Shown in pieces: positions 1 through 12,985 of a DNA stretch of 64,000 nucleotides (position 1 is its first letter; each line of letters starts with the position of its first letter). The position numbers and the translations under genes are program-made. This stretch comes from Takakia lepidozioides. Lineage: Eukaryota; Plantae; Bryophyta. The stretch spans positions 8,370,001-8,434,000 of the forward strand of contig CM060732.1 of assembly GCA_030704615.1 (NCBI GenBank), in the 5' to 3' direction. The notes beneath the pieces were generated by a model that saw nothing but the letters and a program-made list of their open reading frames with translations, had not been told where the DNA came from and did not search any database.

Positions 1-469
1 CGGCACTAGACTGAAATTTAAACTCAGGGCAGGAAGCCTACCTTTGAACAGCAAACAGAAGCAGAGAGGAAAGGGAGAGTGCAATTGCCCGCTGTGTGGG
101 CAATCTGAAGACAGTATTCACTTTCTGATATACTGTCCGGGGTTCTCTCACCAAAGAGACGCTCTCTTCAATTCTATCAAGGGAATTGTGCCTGTACCCC
201 TGTTTAACAACTTTGAAAGTCTCGAGGCTGAGCCAAAAGCCCAGGCCCTCCTGAGGCCTAGTTTTTGGGCAAATCACACACAGCAGATTGATGCTTGTGT
301 GAAGGGATTTCTAGAGGATATCTGGAAAACCCGGATTAATTCTATATATGATGGTAAGTCACACTACCAACGTCAGCCCCTGACAGAGGTAGGTTCTGTC
401 CCTTTTGTTCCCGCTCAAACTGGGCGCGGGGTCAATGGCCACAAGGCTACGGCAAACAACGTCTTATGA
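1..469 (+). mobile_element. 3' end of a non-LTR retrotransposon (LINE ORF2 C-terminal Cys/His domain) inside an OSCP intron
   Basis: ORF 44-469 has CPLC...EDSIHFLIYCP...R...LEDIWKTR, typical of LINE ORF2 C-termini. A degenerate second copy of the same sequence lies at ~4669-4870. Confidence 0.65.
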
Positions 470-562
470 GTACAATTTCTCCTCACCAATACACCACTGA
501 TACAATTGCTCATAAGTAAGAGAAAAAAGATGAAAGAATTCAAAGGAGCTAATGGTCCGCAC

Positions 563-2210
563 CCAGAAAGTTTTTGGTGATCTCATGGAACTTGGTTTGG
601 TTGAAGATTTCTTGGATAGCTTTGACTCGCAAATTTGTAGGAACAGCAGGGTCCTTGAGGAAATCAGCAAACACCGGGTTCCTCTCTGCAGCACCACACA
701 ATTGATGCAGGTCTCTATCCACAGCATCGAGAGCATTGGCACGCACTGCTGTTATATACAGGGCTGAGGCATATTTTCCCACCACCCCGTACATGGGCAT
801 AGGTACCTGCATATGTAAAAAGAAAGCATGTGTCAAAATCCTCAAAAGCTCGCAACGGTTCCTATGGACAAGGAGCACACTTCCCTCCTACACAAGTGCC
901 AAAAATGGGCCTGCGTGTGTTAAGGAGAGAAAGAGAGGGACAGGGAGAGCAGAAAGAGATCAACTCATACCACTTTGCTTGCCAATAAAGCTCTCAACAA
1001 ACCTGTCTGCCATTGGATATTCAAACTCAGAGTGCAGACAACAGAAAGGTCACACCTTTCTTCCACTACAGTACATGGGAAAGTATAGGCTACCCTCGAG
1101 ATCGTGGCTGCCTACATGGGTTATCTTTTTCCAGCTGCATTAATATAGTCTGGCAGTAGACAGCCTTCTCTAAGTATGAAAGTCAATGTGTCCCAATTTT
1201 TATCCTGCACAGGATCCCTACCACAAGTCTGATGCCTCAGCAGTAATATGTAAGCACTTCCATATAAATCCATAGGGTACTGCTGAAGGCATTTCTCCGG
1301 AGTAGTTTGCACATGGTTCTCAGCTAGCTTCATATATCTTCTTTGTTCCCCTGCTGATTCTATGTCCATTAAGAGGCAGAGAAGGAGGATGCATGTCACA
1401 CGGGTAATCCAATCCTAAATACCCCCTCAATGCTTGAAATCAAGTGGAAGCCTCTTAGGGGGTTGTTGATTCACTTCTAGTACAATGTAGGTTAGGCAAT
1501 CTCTGAATCCGACGAGGATAGTGAGAAAAGGACCTGTAAACACTGCGATTGAAGTATGAGAAACTTACACTAACCAGTCCAGTGTTGCCTGACAAGTATC
1601 AGTCATCTAGAAATTGAGCCTACGCATGACAAATGTAAGAGAGGGGGAAAGAGAATGAGACAGATCAGCATGACGCGAGGAGGAGAGAGAGGGAGAGGGA
1701 GGAGGAGGTGCAGAATACCTCGACGTGGGCTTCATTGGAACCCCCCGATTTAGCAGCATATCCCCGCACTGCCTGCGTCAACCAAACCTTCTAGAATTAG
1801 AGCCGACTGCATCAAAATGAAGTTGCCCTAATGTGGGCTCAATTCATGCATAATACAAGAGGGAGGCTCTGTAACTTAGATAATAGACCACAAAGAGAGA
1901 AAAGACAGCCGAAATTACAGGAGGGGAGAAGACAGAGACGGATATGAGACAGCCAGACCGGAACTGTGACGTGAATTGTAAAGCGAAAAGAATCTCAAAT
2001 ACACAGTAGAAACAAACACGGAGCCAAGTTCGCCGAAGGAAGAAGACGTGGGTTATTCCTTCTAAATATTACCTTGCAAGCAGCAACGGAAATTGCAGAG
2101 ATGGGGCTCAGATCATTGGCAGTTGAAGCAATGGGAGAAGCGATAGACGAAGGGGACGCCAGAAAGCGACGCAAGGGGAGCGAGCTTCTAAGACCGGTAG
2201 TCCTCCACAT
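563..2210 (-). CDS. ATP5O: Mitochondrial ATP synthase subunit O (OSCP), first three exons 2210-2073, 1772-1719, 806-563; continues off the window
   Basis: Presequence-like MWRTTGLRSSLPLRRFLAS..., then AVRGYAAK...HVE and VPMPMYGVVGKYASALYITAVRANALDAV...FADFLKDPAVP...ITKNFL. The GT-AG junctions keep the frame. Confidence 0.9.
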
Positions 2211-2833
2211 TTTCCTCCGATCGATCCTTCCTTGAGATCTTTTCCACACACGATCGATCCCACACAGACAGACAAGTCCAGATGCTCCACTTCCCCTCCT
2301 CTGTTTCTCGCTTGTGCCCATGCAATGCCGGCCCCTCGACCCGACGCGACCCGAACGACAGCACTGACGGACAGATTTTCTGATCTTCATCTACATAATG
2401 GATGTCTTAGGGTTTGGTCAAGTCACGGAGCATCTCCTCTCCTCTTCACTTCTCTCGACAGACTGCTGCGGTGCTCTCTTCTGGCCTCCTCTCTTCCTAT
2501 CTGTGCAGAGGTAGGTCGGTGCTTAACTCAACGGAAATGGTGGTGGAAGAAGGGGTGCAGTATCAGGGTGATTCGATGGGTGGAAGGAGGGGAGATGTAT
2601 CATTCTTCTCCAGTCACTTAGCAACTTCTGTTTCAAAGACGTGGCCATGGGCCGTTGCTCATTGCATCCTTCAACCTCTTCAAAGAGTTCGTTTTTCTGT
2701 CACGGCGCTCTAACTCGGCAGGCTCTACTTTTGCCCGGTGATTAAACATAGATCACCAGATTGACTTGTGAGGCGAGCATGAGAGAAACAGATCCGAGCG
2801 GGACTTCCGATGGCTTGGTGCAACCAATTGTGA

Positions 2834-3535
2834 GTGAGTAATCTGTCCTTTTCTAGTTCACAAGGGTTCTGAAGTATAACATGGAAGTAGCGGAAAGTGT
2901 CTTGCTAGTGAGTCGTCAGTGGGAATAGTTTGGAAGTCGTCAGATGAGCAGGTGGCAAATTAGCCGGTCGCATGATTGCGTTGCGGTGAAGACACGTTCT
3001 TTGCACGACATGCGCCTTCACATGTGATGGGTCAGTCAGATCACCAATAGTATCGTGGCAAATGTGCTTACTTCTCTGCCTTGATGCCTCGTGGTGTCGT
3101 GGTGTAAAGTGCATGCCTACATTTATCACAAGTTCTCACAGTCTTTCAGAGGGAAACAGGGAAGCATTTTGCCACTTCCTTGCACTCTAGCTGAGGCTAG
3201 CCAATTTCGAGTGAGTAATCTCTCCTTTGGCTCTGAAGTATAATATTAATTCGCCATGCAAGTAGCGCGAAATGTCTGGCTAATGAGTCGTCGTTTGGAA
3301 GTCATCAGAGCAGCAGGTGGAAAATTAGCCGGTTGCATGATTGCGACAACGCAACTTAACATGTGATGGGTCAGTCAGATCACCAATAGTATAGTGGCAC
3401 AGGTGCCTACTTATCTGCCTTCATACCTTGTGGCGTCATGGTGTAAAGTGCATACCTACATTTATCGCAAGTCTGCAGTCGTTCAAGGAGAAATGGGGAT
3501 GTATTTTTCAACATCCTTGCACTGTAGCTGAGGCC
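2834..3535. repeat. Diverged tandem duplication, ~350 bp units
   Basis: Blocks gtgagtaatct, catgtgatgggtcagtcagatcaccaatagtat and ggtgtaaagtgcat each occur twice, in units starting at ~2834 and ~3211. Confidence 0.8.
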
Positions 3536-4000
3536 AAGAATTGACTCCTAATTTGGTGCTCCTTCAGTTTTGGATGCTATGTCTGTTAAGGACAGATGTG
3601 TAATGCTCTGGTTATTCTTCAGCTCCTGGATTTATGTGATGTTCCTGTCCCCTCACTGTTGTCTTCGGTGACGTATCATGTATTCTCCATAATGTGGATC
3701 ACATGGCCCACTATACAGCTTTACATGCCACATGGAGAGATGACTTCATGTGGTAAGGCAATTGGTGAGGTTTATCCAGAACTGACACTTGCTGCTTTCA
3801 GCATCCAGGTGTTGGGACGCCGGTGGCTTGTGTCTGATGTCTTTTAGCGGGACTGCATATACTACATATGGGGAAGGAGTGAGGCAGTGCGTGGGTTTCC
3901 AATGACAACCTCATCAAGGTAGTCTGTGCTCCTCTCTTTCTGTGTGTGTGTGTGGGGGGGGGGGAGGGGGAGGATAAGCTAAACTCTGGTGGGTGTGAAC

Positions 4001-4637
4001 CAGTGTTGGACTGGTATGTCCATTTTTCAATACCAGACTGGTCCTGGTATGAAGGGTCCCACCCCTTTTTCCATACCAGGCTGGTATAGGTATCTATACA
4101 GGTACGAGCAACTTGGGTATGAATCTGGTATGAGTAGTTGTATTTTGGGCTGCATGAGTATGGTACTGGTATTGTCCTTTCTCTTTAGTGATACTAGGGG
4201 TATATGAGCACTGGTATGGTATGTCTACAGCTCACCATACATTGAAATAAATGTCATGTAGCACACAGCTAATTGCAATCTAAACTGTGAAACAATAGGC
4301 AAAGGTGACCCAAAGTACCGCGAAACAGCAAATGAAGTCTGAATTGCAGCAGGGAGCCTTGAATTAATAATATTGTAGTACAGATTACAACTAGCTGCAC
4401 TCACATATACTCATACCTACCTCCATTCGCCATGAACTCACCGCAATACTGGTATTGGGACCATGCGCCTCCGTATACCCAGACTGGTCTGGTATGTGTG
4501 GGTGAAAACCTAAAGACATACTGTCCCCAGTACGTGAATCACCATTGGTTCATTTATACACTGGTATGTTCTTCAATACACATACTCCTACCTGTATTCC
4601 GTACCTAGGTTCAACCATGTATACCCGTCCAACACTG
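4001..4637. mobile_element. Non-autonomous hAT element (MITE)
   Basis: 17-bp TIRs cagtgttggactggtat / atacccgtccaacactg (1 mismatch), an 8-bp TSD gtgtgaac (3993-4000, 4638-4645) and internal (t)ggtat repeats. Confidence 0.9.
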
Positions 4638-5022
4638 GTGTGAACCTTATCAAAGACTCCTTCCCATAGTCAATGGCTGTAAGGCTATGGCAGGCAGGAA
4701 CGGCATGAGTACATTCTCTCTCTCTCACTCACCCTCTCATGGGTGAGGACCTTAAGGATGATCTCAAGGCCTACATACCCTAAGCATTAGACTGAACTTT
4801 AAACTCAGGGCGAGGAGTCTACTTTTGAACAAAAACAGATGCGGAGGAAAGGGAGATAGTCATTGGTCCAATGTAGGTTATTGATCTCTGAGTATGTAAG
4901 AAATTAAATGTAAGCATCGGACACTCAGAAGGAAAATGAGAATTCCAGTGACCCAGACTTGATTGAATGCAATATGAATGTGAGCTCATATCCGCATCTC
5001 ACTTCTGCTGGGCTGTCTAAAC

Positions 5023-5348
5023 CAGCGTTGGGAGGTTCTTTGATTCAGCTACAATCCCCTGGAGGTTATCAAGAAGGTTATATGTATATATAACCGTGGT
5101 TCTCAAGTAGACAAAGAACTGGCAAAGGCTCATAACTGCCAGCTACGCAGTTTTGAAATAACCAGCCTGAAACCGTCAAAGATCTGCCAAAGACCCGCTT
5201 GTTATTTGATCAAAATCGTCGGTTCTTTGAGGTTCTTACAATTAACTGGAACCGGAGGTTCTTCGATTTGTAAGATTTTGTAAAATCCGGAACCGGAGGT
5301 TACGAAAGAATTCAAATAATGAAAGAACTCTAATAACTGCCCAACACT
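5023..5348. mobile_element. Degenerate hAT-like MITE
   Basis: Ends cagcgttgggaggtt / aactgcccaacact with internal ggtt/aacc subterminal motifs. The TSD is only partial. Confidence 0.45.
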
Positions 5349-7925
5349 CTAAATCATGTATTGACTGGTGGTTTATAGAACAGACATTTCTCGGTGATGT
5401 GCCTGATGGAGAATTAGAGCAAGTACTCCAGGGAAATGCTGGATAGAGCAATGTGGGGTCCCCGTGGAAGGACCCTGTGTAGGTTCTTAAACAGTTGTGG
5501 ATGAATGCTGCGTAACATCTACAACCAAATCAAATTCCATGAGATCACCAGCTGTACCTTATTTGTGTTTGTATTCTTCCATTGTTTTTCTTTTTGTGAT
5601 ATGAGAGTGGCAGGGATGGATGTGTTAGAGAGAGGGGAAGAGAAAACAAGAAGTTTCTGCTGTTATTAGTTGTTTGAACCTTCGATCTGCTTTATGAGCT
5701 CTTTGGGCATTGACAGGAGAGGCTTTCAATCAGATTAATGGGCCAAGCTTTGTGCATTTGGCAGGTATCATGGCAGAGGATGGGGTGTCTCAGCTTCAGA
5801 GGATCATGGAAGCATGTATGGAGCTTGTAATGGCCCAATGATTGGAGAGCTGTAGAGTAGGCGGCCTGCATACCTATGTCCAGAAGTTAATTCAGCTGGG
5901 AAACAAAAACCCATTTTCATGAAGGTGAGGATAGCAAACTTGTTTACATTGCATGGTAATGGGGCAAGTCCTTTTGGTTCAGATTTCAGCCATGAAGTCT
6001 GTAATGCTTTCTTTGAGTAGAAGTATTGTCAAATGTGTGAAGTTCAATGCCACTAGTGGGTTATAACCATGGGTGGTCAAGCCATCTCCAATTCTCTTGC
6101 ATATAGGGAGCTCTAAATCCCCCAAGAAACAATGACGAACCAAAGCAGTAACCACCTCTGCACCACAAACTCCCATAGGGGACAGCTGAAAGGCATCATC
6201 TTCTTTTCTTTTTGGAGCTCTCCCTCTCAGGCGACCTACTGCAGGAATGATGCAGTTGCTTCAGTAGCTCCTCTAGAGTCCCATCCCAGAATATTTGCAA
6301 TCAGATCTGTTTATATGAACTAACAAATGCCCCAAATTGTAAAGCCAGTTTGTATGGATGCCTGTGTGAACACCCAACCAGGATATCCAGTGGAGAGATC
6401 TTCTGTTACAGTGCATAATTCCCTACCTTTCCTGAACAAGAAATGTGTGGGAAGAGCTTGACATTACAATGCATGTACTTCTGAGTAACAAGTCAATTTC
6501 ATCTCAGAACTGGAGAGAGCTGGAGAGAAGTGGAGAGAAATCTTACATGGAGAAGTTTCAGGCGATGTATGTGTAGGCTTTTGGTGTTTTGCTATGATAT
6601 CTACAGTCATGGACCATGCTCCTCCTCACCTGGGTGGAGCTAGTTATGCCTAGAGCGTACCAACAACACAACAGTTCCCCTTAGCCCCAAGTGAGCTCTT
6701 GCTACAATCGAAAATGGAAAGGAAACACGAGCCTCAACATATCTGACCAAGGATAGATCTAACAGTGGCAGGCAGGCTTGCGAGTCAGCCTGGCTTCGAC
6801 AGAGAGCACGACATCGCATGTGCCACACTGTAGACGATCCAAGTTGAGGACGTGTGATTGGCACGAAAGCTCCTGTGCGGATGGTAGGCCTCCAGACACA
6901 AACTGTAGAAACAGAAAGGCCTCGCCTGTCAAAAGCGCCTCACTTTTTGGATCCATGCACCCCATGCAACCTTTGATTGCAGCAATCCATCAATCGATCG
7001 CCTCCTGCGTCTCCTCTCCTCTTTCCAGCACTTCATCTCTCACTCCACCAATCTCCATTGGAGCTGCTGTATTACCGGTTGTAGCTAAAACCAATAGTGG
7101 GTGGAGTCAAGACACGCAACGAGCGAGACAAACAGACAGCAAAGATTTCGTTGCTTCAAAATCGCCCGCTTCCCCAGATATTTTCTTGATCACTAATTCT
7201 GACATTTACCCTATTATTGGATTCCTCTACTTTTGACCGTTGGATATCTTTATATCGACCGTCAGGATGCCGCTATCAGATCCTACGGTTTTTAGTAATT
7301 CCCGGAATGTTATTAATTTAAGAATAAGAATGTTTGATTCTACAATAATTGCGGTTTTCAGCCAAATACAAACTGCAGTCAGATATATTAAATTTTTGGG
7401 GTCATTTTTAGCCCGAGGAACATTAACATGGTGGCAGGATGAATGGGGTCATTAATTTAACCGTGGTTAAGGCGGGTAGTGGGGGCAGTAGTGGACGGCA
7501 AGAATCGGGGGTTTAATGGCACTGCCCTGTAAATGCACCGAGGGCAGGTCTGGAAATGTTTTATCCTCTGCCCGGATCCTATATTTATCCGCTCATCCCC
7601 ACCATGCACGTGGCCCTAGAATGCCGAGCTTTTGAATGCTTGTTTGAAAATAACCCGGTGACGTGTCCCGCACATAATTTTTAAATAATTTAATAGTTAC
7701 TCTTTTTGATTATCTGGAGTCAATTAAAGAAGGAACTTTCAGGGCCTCTGTCCCCTGTTCTGCAACAAAAAAAAGAAAAAAACGAAAAAAAAAAACGAGA
7801 GGGTTTTCCAATAGAAACTTTGAAAATAAAGGAGCCACTTTGATGGGCTCCAGCAGGAGGACACCTGGGGCCAACAGAGATTCATGGGGTTTGCGCACCC
7901 TGGAATGGTCGAGCACAGCGCCTAA

Positions 7926-8295
7926 GAGCATCACCACCCTTGAGCCCGAAAAACTCCCTGTAACACAAAAGATAGTGTCATCGATTCAGTGCCTGCTGGG
8001 TTCGGTGGCGCGGCAGCCCGACTCGCGCACACCCTTGTCCCTGAATCCCCCACCATCCCCGCGCACCTCGCCTCCCCCTGGCCGGAAGGGGCGAGATCTC
8101 CGCCAAGATGCTGACAGGCACGCACTTGGTCAGTTGACTTGGATTCAGGGACGTTTTCTGTGCGCAGAATACAGTGCTCGGGTTCAGTGCACGCAATGAT
8201 ATTCAGTGCGAGCTTTTCACGGGATATAGGGTTCAGTGCATGGGTGGGGGACGTTCCCGCCCACCATACCCTCATGGTGTAGGGTGGGGATGCTC
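7926..8295. mobile_element. Tourist (PIF/Harbinger) MITE
   Basis: TIRs gagcatcaccaccct / agggtggggatgctc, flanked by TAA and TTA. Confidence 0.8.
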
Positions 8296-8298
8296 TTA

Positions 8299-8507
8299 GA
8301 GCATATCCACCAGGGGTTACACCAAACAACACTGCAACGGTAACCTCCTACGGCCTCCAACACTCCCCTCCCCATCAAACTACCCTACACATGCCTTTTT
8401 GGCTGAAGTGCCTTACTGGCTGCTCGAAAGTGCCCGGGGTGTGGATACCAGGGCTGGGGGCTCCTTTGCCGTTGCCGGGGCATTTAGGGACCCCGGTGGA
8501 GATGCTC
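8299..8507. mobile_element. Second Tourist MITE abutting the first
   Basis: TIRs gagcatatccaccagggg / ccccggtggagatgctc, flanked by TTA and TAA. Confidence 0.8.
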
Positions 8508-9378
8508 TAACGCAATGTAAGACGCGGGGCGAGCCCGGAAGGGCTAGACGCGCGGCGTGTGCACAGCGTTAGCCGCTGCTGCGAGGCCTTTCCAGTACGT
8601 TAAGGGTTTTGAGTGTTTAGTAGCCACGTGTCATATTATCATTGGAAAGGCAAAGCGAAACAGCGCATTATAACCGTAATCTGCACTTAGGGCGCATTAC
8701 AGCCGTTATGCGCAAGCTATCGTGGACAGGGGAATTTATTGAATATTATTAGTCTGTTAAATGGCGTAATACACACCCAAAATCCTTAACGGATTTATTA
8801 TCCACTGAAACGATACTATTGTGTGAGAACTATAACGGCCGACGATGGATGGACGGACGATCGTAATGTTGGTTGTCCGTAGTTGCTCCGACGGAATGCA
8901 ACACAGTATCTCACTGATAAAGAATCATTCCTCAATCACGTTTTATCGGATGGACAGAAAACAATGATTTTAAGTAAATAAGTAGTTGTCTGGTGTATCG
9001 TTTATCCCAATATGGATGTGCCGGAGTGGCCAAAGGGGGGTTCATATGTAGGGTGGCAGTGGGAGCAGATAAGGCCACAAGCGATATGGGATGAAGAAAC
9101 GACAACACACATGCGATGATTCCCAGGCCTCTATGTCACAAGGGTGGAATTTCCAATGACCCGGCCCGCCTTGTGGGTGCAGACTTGACTGTGGCGGCCT
9201 CGGGCTCCTAACACAACAATATTTTGCGTGTGTTTTGTGTGGGATTTTCCCGGCTCTTTCTAAACTTGGTACAATGCAAACATGGGAAGGTCATTCCATG
9301 AACGCCACAAATAAAATTAGGGCCATGTTTTTGTTTTCTGTCCCAGGATTTCACGACATCCAGGGTCGAGTAGGAACA

Positions 9379-10101
9379 CACTAGACATAGGATAGGAGTT
9401 GAATGTGCGCGATGCGAACTAACCAGTACAGTCACCAAGGCTTGCCGGCAACGGGACTCCCTTGGCGGGGTCGCAGTCACATCCCGCATCCCGCCCCCTC
9501 ACCCTCGGCCTTGTGTCTGTATTTATGGAATAAAAGATTGAAAGTTTCTATTGATTGCATAATATTGGTGAGTAGCTTGATGGCTGGATATTGATTTATA
9601 TTGCTGGAATGAAGGGTTCGATCCTTAGCCAAGGTATTTTTAAATTGAAATATTCAATGATTTAAAGATATGAAGATAAACTTTTTGTATCTCCAAAATA
9701 ATTCGAAGTCCTTGAAGCGGATCCCCGCTCCCTGCTATCCCCGCTCCCTGCTCCCATTCTCCGCTCCCCCATTCCTACACATCTACCTACACATATACTG
9801 CTCCCTGTTGTGCTCCCCCACTCACCTGTTGTGCTCCCCTGTTACTGTTCCCGCTCCCCTTGTTTGTGACTGCTCCCCCGCTCCCCCGTGTTCGTCCCCT
9901 AGGGGAACGGGGAACAAGGGAGTGACATAGCGGGAACAACGGAGCAAAGGCCAGGAACACGGAGTGGAGCGTGGGCCTGGGGAAAGGGTGTGAAGCACAA
10001 TGGAAGCGATGGATTGGACAGGGGTGGGGATTTGACTCTGGGCCCACGGGGGGCCTCAGCGGCTCACACGCGCGCATTCAAGTCCCATCCTATGTCTAGT
10101 G
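9379..10101. mobile_element. Candidate MITE bounded by ~33-bp inverted repeats
   Basis: cactagacataggataggagttgaatgtgcgcg at 9379 is inverted at ~10069-10101, with a third copy at ~17798. No clean TSD. Confidence 0.5.
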
Positions 10102-12307
10102 CAAACCGGTGGAGTAAACTAAAATTTTCTTATGTAGAATTTCTATCTAAATTTTTTTTGCAACCACCAGTGGGTAAGAGTACCACCCAGGTGATTGTTT
10201 TGTGATACCTCGTCAGTATGATCTTCTCCCACTTCCCTTGGTGGTGTCCCTTGATCCACCTTGTGCTCAGTGCCTCACGGCGAGGTTACTATGAAAGAGA
10301 TTATTTTTTCCTCTCACTATATATATATATGGCCTCCCTAAGAAAACGTAAATTATGGTGTCTCTTGACTTGGAAGGGCTCTGCCTTCCGACGAGAAAGT
10401 GGACACCTTTGTGACACCAATTGGTGGAATGAACCAACAACCACCTCCGAGGTGGTATGTGCCTATTACCACCATCTAGTTGTCTCCTCTCACTATAAAT
10501 AAATAATGCCCCCTTTAGAGCCTTCACAATTTCTTTAAGATGTTAATTTTTTTCTTCTCCTTTTTAATTTGATTCTCAAGGTCCTCTGTCCCCCGTTTTC
10601 TTAAATAAAAGAAAATCAGGGTCCTGACTTGTGACTGGGGACGGTGTTTTATTGCTTTTTCCTTGAGACGGAATTTTACTGATTTTGAGGGAAAAAAAAC
10701 AATAAACCCCCAAGAAGGCCATGAATCAAACACGCAGAAGGCAAGGACGAACCCAGTCCCTTTTATTGGCTCCTCCCTAAGGAGAGACCACCCATCTATT
10801 GTTTTCTCCTGATGCACCTTCCCCAGTTAATACCTATTTATCAAGAACCCCAACATTTTCAACATAGTCTAGATTCTCATCCCTCTATATATATATATTC
10901 CCTCTATTGTTACCCATTCATTCATAACTTGGTGAGTGTTATAATTTCATTATATTCAGTTCCTTTGGCATTGAATTTCATTATATCCAGTTCTCTTCAG
11001 ATTTATCCCTCCAATTCCACATTCAATTTTATCTTTTTTGCATTTGTTCCTTGCATTTAATGTAATATTATTGTTTCTAATCGAGGTGAAAACATAAAAT
11101 ATTTTGATTCTAAATCTCACATTTATCTGTTAATTGTTATCCTCAGGGAACACTGAGAGTGCCTTGACGGTTTCGATTTTATGTTTTAAATATTTATCAT
11201 TTTTATTTCAATAAAATCAGGACTGCCAGCACTAGCATTTCAGTTTTGTAATTAATGTGGAGCCATTAAGTGGAGCCATTATGCGATTAGCTGCCTGTTT
11301 AAAGAGAAATAAACAATTGCATCAGTATCACTGACTTTTGAAGGATTTTCCAGAGCCGGGGTAAGTTTGGCCAAATCAGGGCTGCACCAAAGGAAAACCG
11401 CAATCGGAGATGCAAAGCACAAAATTCCGTCACCTCGGACTGGCTTCAAACGGAGATCCAAGGGCGCGCGGACGGAGAAGGGGTAGGAGAAGGGACAGTT
11501 CCCATCCGTGGCAAGACTCTAGAATTGGTGGCGAGGAGCGATGGAGAGCGAGGGAGGCGAGGGAGCGCGGCGAGAAAGGAGGAGCGTGGTTGGGAGGGTT
11601 GGTGTTGGAGAGAGGGAGGGTAGGAGAGAGAAGGGGGCCAATGGAACGGGCAGAGCGCAGATCCGTTTGGTTGGGCGATGGTGGGGCAACGGGGGAGCGC
11701 ATGCAGACGGTGGTGGGGGCAGGCGTGCAGCGTGCACTCTGCTGCCGTCACGCTCTGTCGCACTCTGGCCCGCCTGCACGTGCACGCGGTCCCATCTCTC
11801 TCGCAGTCGGGGATGCTCTTGGGAGGAGGAGGAGGAGGTGGGGAAGGGGGGGGTGGGGCTTGATGGCAGTGATGTAGGTGCAGGGCGGAGACGACATATC
11901 TCCGACTGTCCTCTTGTTGAGCTGACCGCTTCTTATGTCTGATCGCCCACCTGGCCGAGTAAGGTCTGGTGAGAGCCCATCTGGCACCATCTAGCGAGTC
12001 TATAGGTGTTGCGTCTGCTAGCATCTCCTCTTAGCCACCTGCCTGCCTCACTGTCTACTTCTCGTGTGTACTATCAAGGCTTCCTTGCCTGCGGAGGCCC
12101 CTGTGATTAGTGGGCGCTGGTCTCCACCCTAGGCTGTGATTAGCTTGTCTTCCAGCTTCTGGGGGATCCAATTAGGCTGGTTGGGTCGTTGAAGAACCTT
12201 TGTGGGTTGCGGTCTAGGTAATCCCCACGTTCATGTCCCGGGGCAAAAGTTCCGGTGCACCCAGTAGCGATAGGCCGAGTTGAAGCTGCCTGTACAGCTG
12301 TGGTTCG

Positions 12308-12985
12308 ATGTTCGAAAGAGGGAGTATGAGGGACACAATCAACGTCCCGCAGAGATTGATTGATCCCGCGTTACTCATGAGTGGGCAGGCGGCCGTGGGA
12401 GTGTTGGATCATGGAGCAGGGCCATCGATCATGGGAGCTGGAGGGGTGAATGGGGTGAACGGGGTAGACAGCCAGGCGCAGGATCAGGGGTCCAGAACAC
12501 CCAGCCGGTACGAAGCGCAGAAGAGGCGAGACTGGAACACCTTCGGACAGTATTTGCGCAACCATCGCCCCCCTTTAGCGCTGGCAAGGTGCACTGGGGC
12601 GCATGTGCTGGAGTTTGTGAGATATCTGGATCAGTTTGGGAAAACCAAGGTGCACCTGGCCTCTTGCCCCTTTTTCGGCCTCCCGCACCCACCCCATCCT
12701 TGCCCCTGCCCACTGCGCCAGGCCTGGGGATCTCTGGACGCACTCATTGGACGGTTGCGTGCTGCCTTTGAAGAGAACGGTGGGAAGCCCGAGTCCAATC
12801 CATTTGGGGTTCGGGCTGTGCGCCTCTACCTTCGCGAGGTGCGAGAAATGCAGGCCAAGGCGCGTGGCATTGCATACGAGAAAAAGAAGCGCAAGCGTCC
12901 CCCTCCCTCGGATACAGGACAGTCGAATGCCACTATAAGTGTAAATGCTAATGTCCATGTCGGACTCCCAGCTGGCATTCAATAA
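12308..12985 (+). CDS. LSH: ALOG-domain (LSH/G1 family) transcription factor, single-exon CDS, 225 aa
   Basis: [25 protein letters not shown]...[18 protein letters not shown]...[28 protein letters not shown]...[27 protein letters not shown] (ALOG domain plus NLS). Confidence 0.97.
   Translation: MFERGSMRDTINVPQRLIDPALLMSGQAAVGVLDHGAGPSIMGAGGVNGVNGVDSQAQDQGSRTPSRYEAQKRRDWNTFGQYLRNHRPPLALARCTGAHVLEFVRYLDQFGKTKVHLASCPFFGLPHPPHPCPCPLRQAWGSLDALIGRLRAAFEENGGKPESNPFGVRAVRLYLREVREMQAKARGIAYEKKKRKRPPPSDTGQSNATISVNANVHVGLPAGIQ

Noticed and set aside
11410-12024. Several long overlapping ORFs upstream of ALOG
   Set aside because: Low-complexity purine/GC-rich promoter or 5' UTR sequence with no recognisable domains.
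12308-12985. ALOG ORF as a DIRS-type recombinase fragment
   Set aside because: The ALOG domain is related to such recombinases, but this is a canonical cellular LSH-type protein with no adjacent RT or YR domain.
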